Assembly (NCBI GenBank): GCA_022574655.1
Contig: JACZRQ010000084.1
Location: 1 to 12,078, forward strand
Reading direction: 5' to 3'
DNA length: 12,078 nucleotides
From: Chloroflexota bacterium
Lineage (GTDB): Bacteria; Chloroflexota; Dehalococcoidia; SM23-28-2; RBG-16-64-32
Shown here: one piece after another, positions 7,861-12,078 of the stretch
Layout: each line of letters opens with the position of its first letter
Position numbering within the stretch: position 1 is the first letter of the stretch
Made by a program: the position numbers and the translations under genes
The notes under the pieces: model-generated
The model's database searches: none
Told to the model about the DNA's origin: nothing
Seen by the model: only the letters and a program-made list of their open reading frames with translations

Positions 7861-8028
7861 ATGGCAACGCAGCAAATACAGACCGTCGACCGCTCCAGAG
7901 ACAAGGGGCACCCCGGCGACTGCAACGATATCGCACGCCAGCGCGCCGATCACCGAAGCTCACCGCCTTCTCCTGAGTATTGCGAGAACTACAACGGGAT
8001 CAACTGGAAATCCAGGGGGGATGCCTGA
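7861..8028 (+). CDS. hypothetical 55-aa protein (MATQQIQTVDRSRDKGHPGDCNDIARQRADHRSSPPSPEYCENYNGINWKSRGDA)
   Basis: It is not in the supplied ORF track because it is under the length cutoff. It exactly fills the gap between the DUF488 stop (TGA 7857-7859) and the next gene, with ATG at 7861 and TGA at 8026-8028. Both ends show the same stop-C(A)-ATG coupling geometry seen at the neighbouring junctions. The composition is low-complexity, so it may equally be non-coding spacer. Confidence 0.3.
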   Translation: MATQQIQTVDRSRDKGHPGDCNDIARQRADHRSSPPSPEYCENYNGINWKSRGDA

Positions 8029-8029
8029 C

Positions 8030-8305
8030 ATGGCCTGCGAACACAAGAATATGTATCGAGAGCATCGCAAGGTTCCGAACGGGAAAGGAGTAGATGAGAT
8101 TGTTATCGTTGGTGCCAAGTGCGGAAAATGCGGCGAAATACTTAGATTCTCTAAGCCATACGCTAGCAGCGATTCTCGAACCGATCAACACAATTTAGAG
8201 GTGTTCATCTTTAAATACAATGGTGCCCTGAACAGGATTAAAGAACTAGAGGAAGAGCTATCCCGAAAGGAGGAGTCCGTTAATCATGCCACTGCCAGAG
8301 CGTAG
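8030..8305 (+). CDS. small zinc-ribbon-like / coiled-coil protein, hypothetical (92 aa)
   Basis: It reads MACEHKNMYREHRKVPNGKGVDEIVIVGAKCGKCGE..., with Cys3/His5 plus a CGKCG CxxC pair. The C-terminal LNRIKELEEELSRKEESV looks like a coiled coil. The gene is clearly AT-richer (about 45% GC) than the surrounding 60+% DNA. ATG 8030 follows the upstream TGA by one C (TGACATG); an alternative ATG lies at 8021. The long track ORF 7772-8305 is this gene plus a spurious out-of-frame extension into the DUF488 gene. Confidence 0.5.
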   Translation: MACEHKNMYREHRKVPNGKGVDEIVIVGAKCGKCGEILRFSKPYASSDSRTDQHNLEVFIFKYNGALNRIKELEEELSRKEESVNHATARA

Positions 8306-9965
8306 AGAAGGGGAAACGAAGACCGACTACATCGACCGCTGCATGTCTGACCCACAGGCGGTCAAGGACTTCGCCGACAGAGACCAGCGGTTCGCTGTCT
8401 GCTCGGGCCTCGCTGACAATAGCCAGGACGATGGGCTCTGGCGGCCGGGATCAACGGAGAACACAATGATAACGAACATGGTACACATCGAGGCGAATAT
8501 GTCTGCCCTCGTGCGGACGGACACATTCGAAGGCAAGGAGCACTGGGTCATTCCGTTCATCGCGCTGAAGGGCAACGTGATAATGAACGACCTCTTTTAT
8601 CCGCAGGCGGAGGTCGACAAATACCCCGAAGCGTGGAACGGCATCCCTCTGCCCGTATTCCATCCGACCAAGGACGGCGAGAACGTAAGCGCCAACGACC
8701 CCACGATGATTGAGGAGCGGTCCGTTGGGCGTACGTTCAACTGCATGATCGAGGACGGCAAGCTGAAGGGGGAGGCGTGGGTCGACAAGGAGAAGTGCCG
8801 GGCGATATCGAACGAGCTCGCCGAGATGATCGAGAACGGCGACCCGATCGAGATCTCCACCGGGCTCTTCCCCGACTACGACGGCAAGGCCGGCACCTTC
8901 GATGGCAACTGGTACAAGTCCAGCGTTTTCAATTACAGGCCCGACCACTTGGCGCTGCTACCGGGTGGCGTTGGCGCGATGAATTGGAAGGATGGCGCCG
9001 GGATGCCCCGGGTCAATAAGCAAGACGGCACGAACCAAGAGGGAGAGGACGACGAAATGACGATACTCGAACGCATGCGCCGGATGAGCGCGAACGCACA
9101 TATCAGCCACAGCGATCTCTGGATGCTCATCAATACCAAGGTGAAGGACGAACGCGGGGCCACGGCGTTCGTGATCGACGTGTTCGACGAATTCTTCATC
9201 TACGATATTGACTCGGCCGACGGCATGCAGGTGTTCCAGCAAGCCTACACCGAGACGGAAAGCAACGTGACCTTCAGCGGCGACCCAGTTGCCGTTCGTA
9301 GGCAAACCGAATTCGTTCCCATAACCAATGAGAGCGACAATGCAATCGGCGGAGCTCAGAACAAACAGGGCAAAGCCACCAACAAGGAGGGTGAGTCCAT
9401 GGATAGGACAGTACTCATCAACGCCCTGATCGCTAACGAAGCAAGCGACTGGGCCGAGGAAGACCGCGAGGGCTTAGTCGCGATGAGCGACGAGGACTTC
9501 GGAGGCGTTACCGTCAACAAGCCGGCCGCGGATGCGGATGGCGACGACGGCGACGGAACGACGGACGGAGCGGATAAGGGCAAAGTCACCCCCGCGGCCG
9601 GAACGCCGGCAGTCGCAGATCCCACACCGGATCCCGCGCCAGCCACCAACACGAAGCCGATGACGCTCAACGAACTCATTGAGTCCTGCGGTGATCCCGC
9701 ACTCAAGGGAACGCTGACGCGAGCGGTGGCCCGCGACAGCGAGATCCAGTCGAACATGGTCAAAGACCTGCTCGAGATCAAGGATTCGCCGTTTACCGCC
9801 AACGACCTCAAGGACAAGAGCATCGAGGAGCTTGGAAAGTATCTCAAGCTCGCCGGCTCCCTGAAGGAAGCGAACGACTACAGCGCGCAAGCGGTTGCCG
9901 TCGTGGATAACGTGGACGACTCGGACGTTCCGGACATGCCCCGCATGTCATGGAAAAAAGACTAA
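8286..9965 (+). CDS. phage prohead protease / scaffold-like protein: N-terminal DUF2213/S78-like domain, C-terminal acidic scaffold region
   Basis: A strong SD AAAGGAGGAG lies 10 nt before ATG 8286. The segment GKLKGEAWVDKEKCRAISNELAEMIENGDPIEISTGLF resembles the prohead-protease/DUF2213 core; this assignment is from memory and not verified. The C-terminal third is acidic, low-complexity and helical (ADADGDDGDGTTDGADKG...). Its position between MuF and the capsid gene matches Mu gene I. Confidence 0.6.
   Translation: MPLPERREGETKTDYIDRCMSDPQAVKDFADRDQRFAVCSGLADNSQDDGLWRPGSTENTMITNMVHIEANMSALVRTDTFEGKEHWVIPFIALKGNVIMNDLFYPQAEVDKYPEAWNGIPLPVFHPTKDGENVSANDPTMIEERSVGRTFNCMIEDGKLKGEAWVDKEKCRAISNELAEMIENGDPIEISTGLFPDYDGKAGTFDGNWYKSSVFNYRPDHLALLPGGVGAMNWKDGAGMPRVNKQDGTNQEGEDDEMTILERMRRMSANAHISHSDLWMLINTKVKDERGATAFVIDVFDEFFIYDIDSADGMQVFQQAYTETESNVTFSGDPVAVRRQTEFVPITNESDNAIGGAQNKQGKATNKEGESMDRTVLINALIANEASDWAEEDREGLVAMSDEDFGGVTVNKPAADADGDDGDGTTDGADKGKVTPAAGTPAVADPTPDPAPATNTKPMTLNELIESCGDPALKGTLTRAVARDSEIQSNMVKDLLEIKDSPFTANDLKDKSIEELGKYLKLAGSLKEANDYSAQAVAVVDNVDDSDVPDMPRMSWKKD
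9399..9965 (+). CDS. candidate nested scaffold protein from an in-frame internal start (Mu Z-like), 188 aa
   Basis: An internal ATG at 9399 is in frame with 8286 and is preceded by a canonical SD AAGGAGG (9384-9390) with an 8-nt spacer. The product would be the acidic helical C-terminal region MDRTVLINALIANEASDWAEEDREGL... A second in-frame candidate is ATG 9057, preceded by AGAGGGAGAGGA. Confidence 0.4.
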   Translation: MDRTVLINALIANEASDWAEEDREGLVAMSDEDFGGVTVNKPAADADGDDGDGTTDGADKGKVTPAAGTPAVADPTPDPAPATNTKPMTLNELIESCGDPALKGTLTRAVARDSEIQSNMVKDLLEIKDSPFTANDLKDKSIEELGKYLKLAGSLKEANDYSAQAVAVVDNVDDSDVPDMPRMSWKKD

Positions 9966-10002
9966 CCCGAAACGATCGTAAACAAATAAGGAGGAACGAC
10001 AA

Positions 10003-10440
10003 ATGGCGTTCAACACGATCATGAATGTAGGGGATGGGATTCAGTACGAGGCGAAGGCCGATGCTGCGATCACTCCGGGAATGCTCGTCGAAGAGCTCTC
10101 CACGGGGAACATCCAGAAGCAGGCGACCGCCAAGGCAAACGTCGAGAATGCCGTGGCGATCGAGAACCACCTGATTGGCGAGGATATCGCCGACGATTAC
10201 GCGACGGGCGACAACGTGCTCTATCGCGTCTACGGATCCGGACAACAGGCGCTCCTCATCCTCAAGCAGGGCGAGACAGTTGCCATTAGTGACTCGGTAG
10301 AAGCTGCCGGCGGTGGCGAGGTCCAGAAGCTGACAAGCGCTGGAACCAACCCGGTCGGTATTGCGCGGAATGCAGTGGATGCGAACGCTTCCACCGCGAC
10401 GCCCCTAGTGAATCGCCGGGTCATCGTGCGCTTCTTCTAA
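10003..10440 (+). CDS. phage head protein, hypothetical (possible head-decoration / DUF2190-like), 145 aa
   Basis: A strong SD AAGGAGG lies 8 nt upstream of ATG 10003. It sits between the protease/scaffold and the major capsid gene, where Mu-like modules carry a small head protein. The family assignment is from memory and unverified. Confidence 0.6.
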   Translation: MAFNTIMNVGDGIQYEAKADAAITPGMLVEELSTGNIQKQATAKANVENAVAIENHLIGEDIADDYATGDNVLYRVYGSGQQALLILKQGETVAISDSVEAAGGGEVQKLTSAGTNPVGIARNAVDANASTATPLVNRRVIVRFF

Positions 10441-10478
10441 CCGTTAACCTGGATAAACGAAAATAGGAGGACCAGAAA

Positions 10479-11168
10479 ATGGACATGCAGTTCATCCAGA
10501 ACATGATCGCGAACGGTAGCATGACGGTCGCCCAGAGGCTTCTCGCCTCGGGGATGAACGTCAACTGCCTTCGCACCAACGCCACGCTTCAGAAGGATGA
10601 GTGGCTCGTGCTGGACCGTGCCATAATTGATGTGGCGCAGAACCGGCTTCGCGTGTATCGGGACGTGATCGAACGCGGCCTCGTTTTAGCCCTCACCAAC
10701 GGCCTCGGAAAGACCGTTCTTGAGTCGGAGAACGTGGGTGACATGCGACGTGCGCAGGTCTCGATGGATGGTGTGACCGTCGGCGAGAACGACGCGGTGA
10801 ACTATGAGACAGTGGGGATCCCGCTGCCTTTCATCCACAAGGACTACACCATCTCAATTCGCAAGCTGAACGCTTCGCGGAACGAGGGCGAGGCCCTTGA
10901 CACAACGCAGGCGCGCCTCTCCACGCGGAAGATCGCGGAGGAGCAGGAGCTGATGCTGCTCAACGGATTCGGTATCACCACGGCGACGTACACCATCTAC
11001 GGGTACACCAACTTCCCGCAACGGAACACGGTGACCCTGGTGAAGGACTGGGACGACGTGACGATTACGGGTGCCAACATCGTCGCCGACGTGCTGGCGA
11101 TGAAGCAGGCCCTGATCGACGCGAAGTTCTTCGGGCCTTACGCGCTGTATATCCCGACGGCCTATGAG
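10479..11168 (+). pseudogene. major capsid protein, encapsulin-like HK97 fold (DUF2184-type), 3'-truncated: only the N-terminal ~230 aa are present
   Basis: SD AGGAGG lies 8 nt before ATG 10479. The translation aligns block by block with encapsulin/linocin-type shell proteins: L.KDEW..LD.A sits where encapsulin has LTEKQWQEID, GIPLPFIHKDYTISIRKLN matches SLPLIELRATFTLDLWELD, TRKIAEEQELMLLNG matches VRKVAEFEDEVIFRG, and GPYALYIPTAYE matches GPYTLVINTDRW. The final ~80-100 residues expected after GPY.L.I.T are missing. With no stop, the frame instead continues into hydantoinase sequence. Confidence 0.7.
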
Positions 11169-12078
11169 ACCCCGCTGGACGAAGAAGCCCTGGACCGGGC
11201 GTTGGACCAACTGGCGGCGGAGGGAGTGGAGGCCCTGGCCGTCTGCTTTCTTTTCTCGTATCTGAACCCGGACCACGAGATGCGCGTTTCCGAGAAGATC
11301 GAGAAGCGCTTCCCCGGCATGTACACCTCCATATCCAGCCAGGTGATCCCCCAGATAAAAGAGTTCGACCGGTTGAGCACCACCGTGGTCAACTCGTACG
11401 TGGGCCCCGTGTTCGGGAAATATCTGGCCAACCTGAAAGAGCGGCTATCGTCCTATCAAGAAGCCAAGGACGTGCTGGTCATGCAGTCCAACGGCGGCGT
11501 GGCCCCCATCGAGGACTCCAGCCGGATGGCCGTGCGCGCCATCCTGTCGGGTCCGGCAGGCGGGGTAAACGGCGCCGCCGCCTACGGCCGGTTGCTGGAC
11601 CAGCCCAACATCATCGCCTTTGACATGGGCGGCACCAGCACCGACATATCGTTGATCCAAAATGGCGTTCCCCACCTGACCACGGAAAAGTTCGAGGCCG
11701 GCTGGAAGATAGCCGTTCCCATGATCGACATCCACACCATGGGCGCCGGAGGCGGCAGCATCGCCTCGGTGGGCCCCGGCGGCATACTCCACGTCGGCCC
11801 CGAAAGCGCCGGCGCCGATCCCGGTCCCGCGTGTTACGGCAAGGGCGGAACCCTCCCCACGGTGACCGACGCCAGCCTGCTCCTGGGTTATCTGGATTCC
11901 AACAATTTCCTGGGGGGACAGGCCAAGCTTGACCGTCAGCTTTCGGAACGCGCCCTGGAAGAGCATGTGGCTGAACCCCTGGGCCTTTCGACGGCTGAAG
12001 CCGCCCACGGCGTGTCGCGGGTGGTTTCCGCGGCCATTGCCGAGGGAATCCGCCTGATGTCCGTGCACCGGGGGGTTG
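11169..12078 (+). CDS. hyuA: hydantoinase A / 5-oxoprolinase / acetone carboxylase beta-subunit family protein (HyuA-like), 5'-truncated and fused in frame to the capsid fragment; continues past the window end
   Basis: PLDEEALDRALDQLAAEGVEALAVCFLFSYLNPDHEMRV matches the conserved HyuA N-domain block PLDEE....L...GVEA.AVC.L.SY.NP.HE.RV. This is followed by TSISSQVIPQIKEFDRLSTTVVNSYVGP and the family hallmark AFDMGGTSTDISLI. The first ~100 residues of HyuA proteins, with the IGIDVGGTFTD motif, are absent. The piece is open at the 3' end. Confidence 0.85.

Noticed and set aside
7772-8305. 177-aa ORF from the track treated as one gene
   Set aside because: Its first ~85 codons overlap the DUF488 gene and the 55-aa ORF out of frame. 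Only the part from ATG 8030 (MACEH...) shows a gene-like start context. I annotated it as 8030-8305.
10479-11168. An encapsulin nanocompartment locus
   Set aside because: The gene context is a phage head-morphogenesis module (MuF, protease/scaffold, head protein). There is no cargo gene and the shell gene is truncated.
11445-12068. 207-aa - strand ORF (and 10854-11276 -, 11162-11431 -, 11582-11785 -)
   Set aside because: They are antisense to the hydantoinase/capsid reading frame, which has clear family motifs. They are Gly/Ala/Arg-rich artefacts.
10479-12078. Interpreting the 533-codon open frame as one genuine bifunctional capsid-hydantoinase protein
   Set aside because: Each half is missing essential parts of its fold (the capsid C-terminal third, the HyuA N-terminal motif). 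A deletion scar or assembly chimera is far more plausible.
1-12078. CRISPR arrays, IS elements/transposases, integrase and toxin-antitoxin pairs
   Set aside because: I saw no spaced direct repeats, no terminal inverted repeats flanking a transposase-like ORF, no tyrosine or serine recombinase motifs, and no compact two-gene modules of the toxin-antitoxin kind.

Overview
This is a high-GC (about 60-65%) bacterial window made of three blocks. I saw no integrase, terminase, portal, tail genes, IS elements or CRISPR arrays anywhere in it. Block 1 (1-6303) is ordinary chromosome. It carries a YgjP/DUF45-type HEXXH metallohydrolase gene. It also carries a complete HAAT-family (branched-chain amino acid type) ABC importer, with livG, livF, livH and livM tightly coupled on the + strand and a convergent lipoprotein substrate-binding protein on the - strand. 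The two converging units are separated by a bidirectional hairpin terminator. Block 2 (about 6304-11168) is a roughly 4.9 kb remnant of a Mu-like phage head-morphogenesis module. It begins directly at the 3' half of a tRNA-Val(UAC) gene, with no recognisable 5' half. Its genes, in order, are a MuF/SPP1-gp7 head morphogenesis protein, then a lower-GC three-gene insert (DUF488 protein, 55-aa ORF, zinc-ribbon/coiled-coil protein). Next come a 559-aa prohead protease/scaffold-like protein with an in-frame internal start that looks like a nested scaffold gene, as in Mu I/Z. The block ends with a 145-aa head protein and an encapsulin-like (HK97-fold) major capsid gene. Block 3 (about 11169-12078) is the body of a hydantoinase-A/oxoprolinase (hyuA-type) gene. 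The capsid ORF runs without a stop, in the same frame, straight into the hydantoinase sequence at about nt 11169. That junction is either a deletion scar of a decayed prophage or an assembly chimera.
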